DNA of 64,000 nt from Octopus bimaculoides (taxonomy: Eukaryota). This document shows, piece after piece, positions 38,076-50,610 of the stretch (position 1 is the first letter of the stretch; every line of letters starts with the position of its first letter). The notes beneath the pieces were generated by a model. That model had not been told where the DNA came from and made no database searches. It saw nothing but the letters and a program-made list of their open reading frames with translations. The translations under genes and the position numbers were made by a program. The stretch covers positions 54,664,339 to 54,728,338 of the forward strand of contig NC_068981.1 of the NCBI RefSeq assembly GCF_001194135.2, in the 5' to 3' direction.

Positions 38076-39611
38076 GGATCTTTTCAATCTGACGGACAGA
38101 TTTTTAATTATTTTTTTTTAACTAAACACTTTAAAACTTCGGATGCTGGTAGAATATGTCGCATAAAACAGGGTTTACTTTTAACATTTTTGACAAAATT
38201 TTGTATTTTAGAAGTTATTTCGTGTTAAAGTTGTCGTATTTGGGTAATTTTAACCAATCAATGACGTGTATTCAGCTGAAGAAAATTACTGCTGCTGTTT
38301 GCGAACAACTTCCGGGTCCACACTTACCTAACAAAATCCTTCTTTAATAACCAAAGATGTTTTTATAGCAACATAGGTTTGCTGTATCAGGGTTGATTTG
38401 AGGTTAAATAACAACAAAATTATTACTGAGACAGACAAACGACGGAGCCTGTATGACCTACTAGAAAATGTAGCCAAACTTTTTTTATATACAGAATAGA
38501 AAAAACCTCTATCCTATGATATGCACGTAGAGTCCATTATATCAGTTGGGATGTCTTTGATCATATCTGTCAATCGGATCCGACTCGGAACTAAACAACA
38601 AGTGACGAAGGGAACGAGACGAGGCAACCTGAGAGCCTTTACCTGGTCGCTCGAGTTGCTAGAAAAAGCAACCAAATCTTCCTGACAAAAAGAAAAAGAA
38701 AATTTCCGTCTTTAAGAAAAAAAAAAAATGATGCAAGATTATATTATTTTATAATGTTCGCTTAGGAATTCATTACTTCTAGAACAGAATAAGACAAAAT
38801 GGTCATGGTTGGAACGCCTTTTCTCACAGATCCATTACAATCAGAGCTATCCTGTGGTTAAAACAATATTCTTCACTGAATGATAAAGCAGCTAAAGTTA
38901 ATGAAAAGTTGAAAGAATAAAAGATAGCAAGTATCCATAATCCAAATATTGGGATTCCCTCATACAATAATATAAACTTGCATTATTTTTTTTTCTTGAA
39001 GACGGAAGAGCGACCAGGTAAAGGCTCTCTGGTTGCCTCATCTCGTTCCTTTCGTCACTTGTTGTTTAGTCCCGAGTTAGATCTGATTAAACAGATATTA
39101 TCAAAGATATCCCAACTGTGACAATTCCGTCTTTCTACCCAGGCATAATGGACTCTACGTGTATATGATAGGATAGAGGTTCTTCTATTCTGTATATAAA
39201 AAAAAGTTTGGCTACTTTTCCTAGTAGGTCACGCAACCACATACAGGCTTCGTCGTTTGTCTGTCTCAGTAATAATTTTGTTGTTATTTAACCTCAAATC
39301 AACCCTGATACAGCAAACCTATGTTGCTATAAAAACATCTCTGGTTATTAAAGAAGGGAAGTGTGGACCCGGAAGTTGTTCGCAAACAGCAGCAGTAATT
39401 TTCTTCAGCTGAATACACGTCATTGATTGGTTAAAATTACCCAAATACGACAACTTTAACACGAAATAACTTCTAAAATACAAAATTTTGTCAAAAACGT
39501 TAAGAGTAAACCCTGTTCTATGCGACATATTCTACCAGGATCCGAAGTTTAAAAGTGTTTAGTTAAAAAAAAAATTAATTAAAAAATCTGTCCGTCAGAT
39601 TGAAAAGATCC
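38076..39611. mobile_element. Foldback-type element with ~580-600-bp inverted arms and 8-bp TSD
   Basis: Arms at 38076-38652 and 39008-39611, GG...CC termini. TTTTATTT flanks both ends (38068-38075 and 39612-39619). Confidence 0.85.
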
Positions 39612-40189
39612 TTTTATTTATCTCAGAAACGAAGCTTAAATCGCTGAAAGTACGGGAAATGAGAAGCTATGCGGTTTATGCTTTCTTAATACAAATTAGC
39701 GGTAAAGTTGGCGCGCGTTAAACATTCAATTCTCTGCTTGCTGCGAATTACAAACCAAGGGAGATGACATCGGTATGGAAATAACATAATTTAAGTGGAT
39801 TTTCTCCCTTAGTATATGGCTAAGTAGCTGAAGTAGCTTTTTTTTGTTTTTGAGCTAAAACCATGTATTACGTCGTTCGAAACTTCTGCTGTGAAGAAGT
39901 TAATTATAACACATTAAAAAACAAAAACAGGAGAATGCTAATAAATATAGAAAATAAACTGCATAATTTCATTTCCATCATAATATCACCTGGATTGAAT
40001 TAAAATATGGACTTGAGAGTTAACGGATCTCACATTCATTTTAATTTTCGTTAGTTTTGTTTTAATAAACAAATCTGTATTAAATAAACAGCAGCGACGA
40101 AGATAATAATTGCCCCTACTGTATACAAGTCACGTAATATCGCGTAATATCTCATCACTAACTTCAGGATGCCAATAACGTTATATCAC

Positions 40190-40333
40190 TATAAACCAAT
40201 CAGCTGAACTGTTTCTTGTACATTTAGGTACCCCTCATATGCAGGTCACAACCTCTGACCTTTAAGTTGGTTGCTTATCCGAAAGAAAATCATTGAATGT
40301 GATTCGATTTATAAGAAAGTTATAGAGGTAAGT
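40190..40333 (+). promoter_or_regulatory. Candidate promoter and non-coding first exon of an unidentified plus-strand transcript
   Basis: CCAATCAG at ~40196 and a consensus donor GAG|GTAAGT at 40327/40328, inside a CpG-retaining block. No downstream coding exons were identified. Confidence 0.25.
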
Positions 40334-42345
40334 TTGTCAATTTTGTCTTCTGTAATTGTTGAGAATTCAATTAAAGCTACAGACATCGCTACTTTTTGTT
40401 TGTTAATTTCCCCACGACGAACGTCTGTTCTGTTTTCAATAATGGAGCTTTGTATATGATCTGGAAAATCTTTCGTGATCCTTTTTCTTGATAATTTAGT
40501 ACCCGCCATTCTTATTCTGTTGTCATTGTATATTACTTTCAATTTAGTTGTATGCTTTATATACACATAGCAATTTCCTGTTCAGTGAACTTCATTATTA
40601 TGAATAGTCTGGTTAAGTGATAGTCTTTGTGGAGCCAATGTGGGTTAGTTCATAAATTTTCTTGTATATGTTTTTATATTGTATTTTATAACAAAATATT
40701 TTTCATGGTGATCCTATCAGAAATGAAATCGAACACGGTTAAGGATATTGACACATGCCCGTACCATTGTCTCTTCGTTGTTGTAAGAAAGATACATGAC
40801 CTCTGCATTTGTTGACTGTATACCAATGACCTGGCATTGCCTATCAACCTTTTCAACTCTTTGTTAGGGTTAAAGGCTATATTATATTTAGCTTCCAAAC
40901 TCCTGCATTATCATTATTTTATTTAAGTTTTTTTTTTCGATTGTAATCTTTAAAATAATGTTAACATTATATTTCGAAAAAAAATCACCTATTTCTAATT
41001 TCACCTACTACTACTATAGTGTTACAAATGTTTTGTTTTTTTTGTTAATATTATTGTTTCTCTCAATGCAACAGATTTTATCTACTTCCTTTTATAAATC
41101 TTCTATTACGCTATTCGAAGCATCAATTCCACACGAAAAATGTGTACCCGATATATATGTATACATATATGTATAAAATCGGTATGTGTATATACGCGCG
41201 CGCGCATGTATGAATGTATTGTGTTGAATTAAGCTGTCGCTAGAATGTTGTCGTGTTTCCATTTAATGCTACTAAGTAACTTATTCGTTCTCGGTTTTAT
41301 CTATTGATTTCTACGACCTTTGTCCTTTAACATATGCACCGAGTATAATATAGGTCATGTGAATATATTATGCAAATCTTTTGGTCATCAACTTAGACAA
41401 GCTGTTGTTGTCTACTTCACCATAGTAACAGTTAGCGAGCACCAAACTTTATGAATTTACTTTTCTAATTAAAAGCCAAATAATGATTTCGACAAGTGTT
41501 ATCATTTTCTTAGTTTTTAATGTGTAATATTGAACATTTTATACGCATTGGGGCCTTCAACGAAAGTCAAACCATAAAAACGAGGCTGTTAGTTTCGTGG
41601 CAAATTAACTAAAAATGCATTGTCCTGTTTCTTAAAGTTGATACTCAGAATTAGGAATTATTTGTATGGTGACGTGGATGAGATTCGAATTGACGCAGGT
41701 GTATCCTAGTGGTTTTTCATTAAGGTATTTATTTATTAGTGTCTAACTCTCAGAAGTTACTGCCAGTTGTACTCCTGTTCCATCTTCGAATAGCCTCCTA
41801 CCTGTATTGATACCTGAGATGCCAAGAAAGTAGTTTTCTCAGTCCACTCCTTCAGTTTTCTGAAACAATAAAATATCGACAAGGTGTCTATCAGTGTGTA
41901 GAAACTAAACAGTACTCGTGCACGTGATATATTTAGATATATTCTGTATTTTATGAAGATTTTTTAAACCATCATCTAAGTTTTGCCACTTATGCATCGG
42001 ATCGCAAGTTTTATAAGTAGCTCCTAATTCTAATATTGGTCACTACACATATCCCTTCTCTAAGTCATAAGTTATAACCTGTGCCAGTATGGATTTTATA
42101 TAGAATCTGGAGATTGTGAAAGAGGATGCCATTGAGAAGAATTTCTGTCTTACTTCTCAAATCTCAACAATAATCTTAGTTGGATTTTCTAAGTGTTCAA
42201 ATTGTTACATAATTTCTCGTATTATAAGTTGGTTTCCTTTAATTGATTTGCTTTTGATTTTGAAATGTATTGAATTTAGGTATTTTTTCCTGGGATTACT
42301 GGAACATAACTGACAATTTATAGTCTTATGGATTGATAATAATAA

Positions 42346-42500
42346 TTTCAAATTTTGGCACAAGGCCAATAAGTTCGGGGGAGGGAATAAGTCAATTACA
42401 TCGACTCCAGTGTTGAACTGGTACTTGTTTTATTGATCCTGAAAGGATGAAAGATAAAGTCGACCTTGGTGGAATTTGAACTTAGAATGTAAAAACGGGC
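42346..42500 (-). mobile_element. SINE family A
   Basis: Reverse-complement match. Confidence 0.8.
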
Positions 42501-42584
42501 GGTACCAATTGTTTCCATTTCACTAATCAAGAAATAGGTTGCTTGCCTAATTGTGATCACACACATCTGTACACACTTGAAGAT

Positions 42585-42700
42585 GGAGCGATGACATCAA
42601 GGAATGGACTAGGGAGACCCTAGTGGAGTGCATGGCTGCAGTGTGTGATGAGAAGTTGTGATTGAGCCCCCAACCCCCAAACCCTCAGCCAATGGCATAT
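42585..42700 (+). mobile_element. RTE-like LINE extreme 3' fragment
   Basis: RWSDDIKEWTRETLVECM resembles the RTE C-terminal RW.D.IKEWT motif. Confidence 0.55.
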
Positions 42701-45508
42701 CCATTCATCCTTTTATATGCATTATAAATTCCTACAAAATAAAATACAAGCTTTCACTTAGTCCATAACCTTTTCTGTCTTTTTCCTATTGTTTGTTTCT
42801 ATGAACTCCAGTTAAAGGTGGAAAGGAGAAATTACGGAGTGAATTCAATACTGGACTACTGGTTCATTGTGTATGAGTGTTGGATTTGATTGAGAGTAGC
42901 CATCACATCATATGAGGATGGCTTGTAAGTAGACCTGCATCTTATTCAAAGGATATTCTCATTTGCTTCAGGCCAGCTCTGGTTCTTAAGATAGAAGCAT
43001 TTTACATTTGGAAATCTATAAGCAGTAATTTTGTATGATAGAACTAGAGTTGGTCTGAGGTAAGTTGATATCAAGAGAGTGAAACACACAAATGGATTTA
43101 AAATAAGGGATATAATGTTTGAATGCTATTGGTTTAATGAACCAGAGTTGACATGACACCAAGATTTTTGACTCTTAAAAGCACCTGATTGAAAGAGAGC
43201 TACACAAGTTCATAAACATTTATCAAGGTTGATACCTGTTATGATGACAATTTTATCCCTTCATATATTGGCAAAATCTAACCCAAAACCTCAACCATCT
43301 TGTTGCATATGTAGTTTTGAGATTGGAAATCAGTAATCTGGATTTGTAAAGTTAAGGATTGAAAAAGTATTAGATGGATTAAAACTGAGATTAGTATATA
43401 AAGTATTGCTTTCAGTGAGGGTTACTTCTATGCAGAATATTAATCTTATAAGGATCTATGAAGATTTTAAGACGTATATTTGGATATAACTTCCAAATTT
43501 GATGACAATATTGCATTAATATTGAAGAAATATGTACAACACTTCGCCATAGAAAAGACAAAAAGTTCTTATTTGAAGGAGGGAAGGGGTAGGTTGAGGA
43601 AGATGTGCAAAGTGGAGGGGTTGGACTGGAGTCACTGGAAGGCTTGGAGAATGGTACGTTGGAGACACACACACACACACACANNNNNNNNNNNNNNNNN
43701 NNNNNNNNNNNNNNNNNNNNNNNNNNNNNNNNNNNNNNNNNNNNNNNNNNNNNNNNNNNNNNNNNNNNNNNNNNNNNNNNNNNNNNNNNNNNNNNNNNNN
43801 NNNNNNNNNNNNNNNNNNNNNNNNNNNNNNNNNNNNNNNNNNNNNNNNNNNNNNNNNNNNNNNNNNNNNNNNNNNNNNNNNNNNNNNNNNNNNNNNNNNN
43901 NNNNNNNNNNNNNNNNNNNNNNNNNNNNNNNNNNNNNNNNNNNNNNNNNNNNNNNNNNNNNNNNNNNNNNNNNNNNNNNNNNNNNNNNNNNNNNNNNNNN
44001 NNNNNNNNNNNNNNNNNNNNNNNNNNNNNNNNNNNNNNNNNNNNNNNNNNNNNNNNNNNNNNNNNNNNNNNNNNNNNNNNNNNNNNNNNNNNNNNNNNNN
44101 NNNNNNNNNNNNNNNNNNNNNNNNNNNNNNNNNNNNNNNNNNNNNNNNNNNNNNNNNNNNNNNNNNNNNNNNNNNNNNNNNNNNNNNNNNNNNNNNNNNN
44201 NNNNNNNNNNNNNNNNNNNNNNNNNNNNNNNNNNNNNNNNNNNNNNNNNNNNNNNNNNNNNNNNNNNNNNNNNNNNNNNNNNNNNNNNNNNNNNNNNNNN
44301 NNNNNNNNNNNNNNNNNNNNNNNNNNNNNNNNNNNNNNNNNNNNNNNNNNNNNNNNNNNNNNNNNNNNNNNNNNNNNNNNNNNNNNNNNNNNNNNNNNNN
44401 NNNNNNNNNNNNNNNNNNNNNNNNNNNNNNNNNNNNNNNNNNNNNNNNNNNNNNNNNNNNNNNNNNNNNNNNNNNNNNNNNNNNNNNNNNNNNNNNNNNN
44501 NNNNNNNNNNNNNNNNNNNNNNNNNNNNNNNNNNNNNNNNNNNNNNNNNNNNNNNNNNNNNNNNNNNNNNNNNNNNNNNNNNNNNNNNNNNNNNNNNNNN
44601 NNNNNNNNNNNNNNNNNNNNNNNNNNNNNNNNNNNNNNNNNNNNNNNNNNNNNNNNNNNNNNNNNNNNNNNNNNNNNNNNNNNATGGCATAGATTATGAT
44701 TATAAAAAAATTTGTGGGGAAAAGTTTTTGAGGGGTTTTACCCCATTTTCCTCATTTTAGGGGTTTTTCCCCATTTTTAAAACTACAGCCTTTGAAATGA
44801 AGGGGTTGGGAGGGGGACAACTTTGTATGAAAAGGTTTTGAAAACTTTTTAACAACACCCTCCTTATCATCCCACTTCGGACCTATTTTGGCCAATTTTC
44901 TTTTGCACTTCAAAACCATGGGAAGAGCATTTTTGGTAAAAAAAAAAAAAATTGTTAATATTTTCAGAGGGGAAGGTGAGTGATTTAAGGGCGATTTAGC
45001 GGTTGTTTCTAGCACAGCCAAAGACAACCCTCCTTGTTTCTCTATCACTCTTGCATGTATTAATTTTTTTTCAATATTTTATCCCCATAAATACATTTAT
45101 ATGCTATAAAAAGGAGAATTTGAGAAATTATGAGTCTTTTGCAACCCCACTCCATGCCTCTAATTGTTTCTGTTAAGAAATTAAAATATTAGAAAACCTG
45201 AGGTCATTTCTGGCATTTATCCACAGGGATTTAAAAAAATTATGGAGATATACTTGTATAGCAAGTGACTTGATCTCAGATCGTGTGCTGAAACAAAAAC
45301 AATTGCAATATGGAAGATGTTTGTTAGCCATTCAAGAACACACAAAAACAGTTAGTTTCACTTCAACATTTAAATTTCATTTGTGTCAAAATATTTTTGT
45401 AGCTTTGAAACTAACTTGTTCACTGACAAGACTTCACAAAAGTGATCCAGCACGAAGTGTGTTAAATTAATAAGGCACCAACAGAAAATGACTCTCCCCA
45501 GGTACAAT

Positions 45509-45540
<32 letters not shown>

Positions 45541-45545
<5 letters not shown>

Positions 45546-46406
45546 AGACCCGGCAAGTCAAGTGAGACCAAAATCCAAGGCCTCTGCCAGGGATGTAGCC
45601 AGCCCACTTACGCGTAACATTCCTTCATTGCACACTAAACTCCGCTTGCAAAGACATGGTAAGGCAAGTGAAATCGGAATCGAACTAAATTTGTAAGAAC
45701 ACTAAACTCAGTTTGTGAAGACCTGTTGGGGCAAGCGAAAAAGCGAAATCGAGATGGCACCTATACCAGTGGAGCACTAAGAGCACTGTTCGAGCGCGAC
45801 CGATGCCAGAGCAGCTGTCTGGCTTCCGTGCCGGTAGCACGTAAATAGCACCAGCGTGATCGTTACCAATGTCGCCTTCCTGGCACTTGTGCCAGTGGCA
45901 CATGAAAAGACATTCAAGCAAGATCATTTGTTGCCTTCCTGGCACTTGTGCCAGTGGCATGTGAAAAGACATTCGAGCAAGATCGTTGCTAGTGCCGATG
46001 GACTGGCCCCTATGCAGGTGACAAGTAAAATACACCATTTCGAGCGTGGCCGTGGATTGTTACCAACGTCGCCTCACTGGCACTTGTGCCAGTGGCACGT
46101 GAAAAGACATTCGAACGAGATCGTTGCCAGTGCCAATGGACTGGCTCCTGTGCAGGTGGCACGTAAAATACAGCATTTTGAGCATGGCCGTCGCCAGTAC
46201 CGCCTGACTGGCCCTCGTGCCGGTGGCACGTAAAACACCCACTACATTCTCGGAGTGGTTGGCGTTAGGAAGGGCATCCAGCTGTAGAAACTCTGCCAAA
46301 TCAGATTGGAGCCTGGTGTCACCTCCTGGTCCACCAGTCTTCAGTCAAATCGTCCAACTCATGCTAGCATGGAAAGCGGATGTTAAACGACGATGATGAT
46401 GATGAT
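45541..46406 (+). mobile_element. Non-autonomous retro-element family C (RTE-type tail with (GAT)n), near full length
   Basis: Runs from TGAGAAGACCCGGCAAG to GCATGGAAAGCGGATGTTAAACGACGATGATGATG, with internal tandem subunits. Partial copies at 1-136(+), 48782-48900, 49262-49600, 51335-51640, 52155-52369 and 60322-60478 (all -). Confidence 0.82.
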
Positions 46407-46560
46407 TAATAATGTTACGCAAAACTGCCTTCAGACTTTCCCTATTAATTTCGTCGTCTTTTGAATTATGAACATATTTATATCATAAGGGTTTTTTCGT
46501 TGTAAGGCTTTCTTTTTTAGTTGATTTTCACCTAGCAAGGCTTATCCTAGATGGCATAAT

Positions 46561-46596
46561 AAGTCACACCCGGACAACGTCGGTTATACTGCTAGT
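46561..46596 (+). mobile_element. Helitron-like 3' terminus
   Basis: GC hairpin CCGG-ACAACG-TCGG followed shortly by CTAG|T (CTAG at 46592-46595). Confidence 0.6.
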
Positions 46597-46923
46597 TTAT
46601 TTATATAAGAGCATTACTATACATGAATTCCTCACACTATGAGGGACTCTAAGGTCAAACTACCATAATAAACACATTTTTACCGAACGTGAGTAAAGTC
46701 AACTCACAAAACTGGCCTTTTAAAAACAAACTAAACTATATATCGACAATTTCGCAGTTATTACAGCAATATGTAACCTCTGCTCATTAGTATAGTATGG
46801 TCAAGATACGTAAAAATAAACAAAAATTCAACATGCCAAATGAACACCTCATGTATCCAGCATAGTACATAGAAGATTGTTTATCCCTATATATCTATGT
46901 AAAAGGCGGGCTTTTTTTTTAAT

Positions 46924-47390
46924 TGCATCTCGGTACATGTGTTTTTTCTTCCAGAATAAAATTCAGCGCTGAATATATTCTGGTTATATATTTAATTAAT
47001 TCAATAATAGGATAAAATCTTTTACAAGAATTTATCAAGTAGCTGGCGTGAAAAATCCTCATAAGGGAAAAATCATTTATTCCCCAAATTATATTTATTT
47101 ATATAAGGGCATTACTATACATGAATGCCTCACGCTATGAGGGACTCTAAGGTCAAACTACCATAATAAACACATTTTTACCGAACGTGAGGAAATGCAA
47201 CTCTCAAAACTGGCCTCTTAAAAACAAAATGATTTTTCCCTTATGAGGTTTTTTCATGCTAGCTACTTGATAAATTCTTGCAAAAGATTTTATCCTATTA
47301 TTGAATTAATTAAATATATAACCAGAATATATTCAGTGCTGAATTTTATTCTGGAAAAAAAAAAAAAAGAACACATGTACCAGGATACAA
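46924..47390. repeat. Inverted repeat (~155-bp arms, ~150-bp spacer)
   Basis: 46924-47078 is a near-exact reverse complement of 47227-47390. Confidence 0.85.
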
Positions 47391-47636
47391 AACACACAAG
47401 GACAAGTACAGGGCTAATGTATTTCAATTTAACTTTATAGACATAATGAAATTATAATTCACAACATCATATTTCAGAACTGCTTATACAATCAATCTAT
47501 ACTACATTTTTCATTTATCTATTTTTCTAGTTACTTACATATTTACATATCCTTATGGAATTCCCAAATCCCAAACCCCAGCTTTTCCTTTTCATATAGG
47601 TTTCAGTTTGGTGTACATACACATTTTCTATGTTTA

Positions 47637-47840
47637 TACAAGGGGGTGCTGAAAAGTTTCTGGCTTTGAGTAAAAACAAAATGCAGGAAAATCACTTAAT
47701 TATGATTTTAGTCAACATATTCCCCTCTCAGATCCACACACATATTGCAGTAGCCCTGTAAAAGAACTTGGAAAGTTGGGCCTCCAACCAAGCCTTTTAT
47801 GATACTTTTAAAATCAGGAACGTTTCAGCACCCCCTTGTA
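47637..47840. mobile_element. Mariner-like MITE, copy 2
   Basis: TACAAGGGGGTGCTGAAAAGTT...AACGTTTCAGCACCCCCTTGTA with TA ends. The interior matches copy 1. Confidence 0.85.
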
Positions 47841-50610
47841 TTTGTAAGAATATGTTCTGCAAATAGAATGATTGAAACAGCATATATAATATGAAGGTAA
47901 AAAGAGAAAGCTTAATGTAGAAATTTGAGGCAAATCATGATTGACTTAAAAAAACTCATTATATAATGGTTTTCTAACCATTTCTTTTAAGTTATCAGTT
48001 CTAGTTTTATCATTCTATTTACTGCCATGTGAACAAAACAACAGATTACAATAGAATTATACTTTGAAGAATACAATCAAATTAAGTTGTTTAGTTTTTT
48101 TAATTAACTCTTTTTCTATTTATATGTATATATGTATGTAGTTACATACTTATAATACTCTGCTTTGCTATAAACTGGTATTGAGTTCTTTTTAAAAGCC
48201 TAATGAACAAAAATGGCATTCATGTATTCGTGCATTCATTCACAAAAGGCAAAATTTAAAGCATCTTTTATGCATTACAAATGTCTGTATAACTGTCTTG
48301 TTTTTCAACATTATTTTCACAAACATACACTTCCTGCTTGTTTATACTGAATAATACAGTGGTAATATATTTTTGGAGTGATTTCACTGGAACTAGAATT
48401 ATACGAAACATTGTTATTAATAACAGTATATCTCTCGTACACAACATGGACAATGGTATAATTATATAATGTTTGTGTGTGTTATTTTAAAAATGAATGT
48501 ATTCAAATAAATATGAATAATAGAAAGGTGCTGCCATTTTGCCTTTCTATCTATTTTCTCGATACTGATGTACATTTTCATTCTACCTGCCTCGCACCTC
48601 CACACCATTTATTTGGCAAATAATTTGATCAGAGAACATGTAGTCAAATGAAAACATTGATTGCATCATAATTGAGTGATAATGGTTGTTGTTGAGAATT
48701 TGTATGTTTTCTAGTTGATCAATTGAAGACAAAAGTTTTAACAAAGAAAATCTACATAATATACTATTGCATAAGCTATATTCATCATCATCATCATCAT
48801 TGTTTTAATGTCCACTTTTCAATCCTTGCATGGGTTGGACGGAATTTGCCGAGGCAGATTTTGTATGATCAGATGCCCTTCCCGTTGCCATCTTTCACCT
48901 ATTTCCTAATAAATTAATGTTTCCCTATGACCAGACATGTTTCTACAGAATATTGGAAATAAAGGACACCACTTGCATGACAGTGACACTCAATTACAAC
49001 TAACATGTAATGTCAAAACATGGAGGCAACACCACACGCATGCATGAACAGATACGCACACGGTCATTTCATCATGTTAAACCATTAATCCCAACACATT
49101 TTTTTCTCTCTCTCTCCATTTTTCCTCTCATTCCTTTCTGTTGAAAAGCGTAGGATCAGAAGGCCAAAGACTTTTCCATTTTTCTCGAGTGTCAAACTAA
49201 TACACCTACTTGTTGTTCTCTCATCTGTCTTTGTCTTTTGTTTTATGTAAATTTGAACTATATCATCATCATCATCATCATCATCGTTTAACGTCCGTTT
49301 TCCATGCTGGCATGTGTTGGACGGTGTGACTGAGGACTGGCGAGACAGGCTCCAATCTGATCTGGCAGAGTTTCTACAACTGGATGCCCTTCCTAACGCC
49401 AACCACTCTGAGAGTGTAGTGGGTGCTTTTACATGCCACCGGCACGAAGGCCAGCCAGGCGGTACTGGCAACGGCCACGCTCAGATGGTGTTTTTATGTG
49501 CCACCTTCTCAAGCACAGCATATTTCCAAAGGTCTCAGTCCCTAGTTATTGCCTTGGTGAGGCCTAATGTTCGAAGGTCGTGCTTCACCACCTGATCCCA
49601 GGTTTTCTGCAGGTTCCCTCAACCACTAGGGTGTGACTCTTTTTCACACAGCTATCCTGTGTGTGTGTGTGTGTGTATATATGATGGGCTTCTTTCAGTT
49701 TCTGCCTAGAAAAGTCACTTGCAAGGCTTTTCACTTATTTTACAAAAAATTGGCAATATATTTTTATATAATTCTAACAAGATCTTAAATTGCTTTCATG
49801 ACAAAGCCTACATTATTTCAGAGAAAGCTTTCTCACATCAAATCATATTCAATAAATTACAATTTTATGAATTAGTAGTTGAGAAGCCTTTTCACTTTGG
49901 AATTACATGAAATGTATCAATAGTATTTTGGAAAATGTACTGTGATGTGTATACTATATAAAATTTTGTTATGCTTTGTTGCAATAATGGTTAGATTGAG
50001 ATAATCTTTTCTAACATAAACTCAAGGCCATAAATTTAAAGGTGGAAGTTACTTGATTAGATTGACCTCCTTGTTTGACTACTTATACACACATATCTAA
50101 AGAAAGGTTATCGCTAGTTGACAGATGATGTCAATACATTAATTTCAATAAAACTTGAAATGATGAAATAATATTACCATATGTCAACTTTTATAATTTC
50201 TTTGAAATGTTATGCTATTATTATATATTCATATATGTCACCACACATTTCTCTTTTCAATGACTGAATTAATATTAACTTAATAAAAAGTATAAGGCCA
50301 CTCTAATTTGGAATGTTACAGAAACCTGTAATTTGGATGTTGTTATCAGCAGTTTTTAAAATTAATATCCTCATAGCAATGACCTTAGTTTATATTTAGT
50401 TAACCTGTGTTTACTTTCATATTTTCTTTTAGTAGTTTTTCTTTTCAACTAGTTAGTAGAAGGACTTGACAACTTGAAAGAGCAACTTTGTTTTACAAAT
50501 CCTTTGTTTGTGGAGAAGCTGCATTATGTTAACATATGTATATTATCTAACTGAATTAATATTTTCTTATAAAATAGTATGCAGTAGTCTATAAATAGCA
50601 ATATTCTTTT

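Noticed and set aside
40271-40560. Hydrophobic plus-strand frame resembling GPCR transmembrane helices
   Set aside because: It has internal stops and no convincing motif order; T-rich strands give such translations by chance.
44684-45240. Unusual homopolymer-rich, higher-GC stretch with ORFs
   Set aside because: It abuts a 1000-N gap and has the look of low-quality read sequence; likely an artefact.
50453-50554. Possible exon LVEGLDNLKEQLCFTNPLFVEKLHYV
   Set aside because: The donor is weak, there is no recognisable homology, and no compatible neighbouring exons were found.
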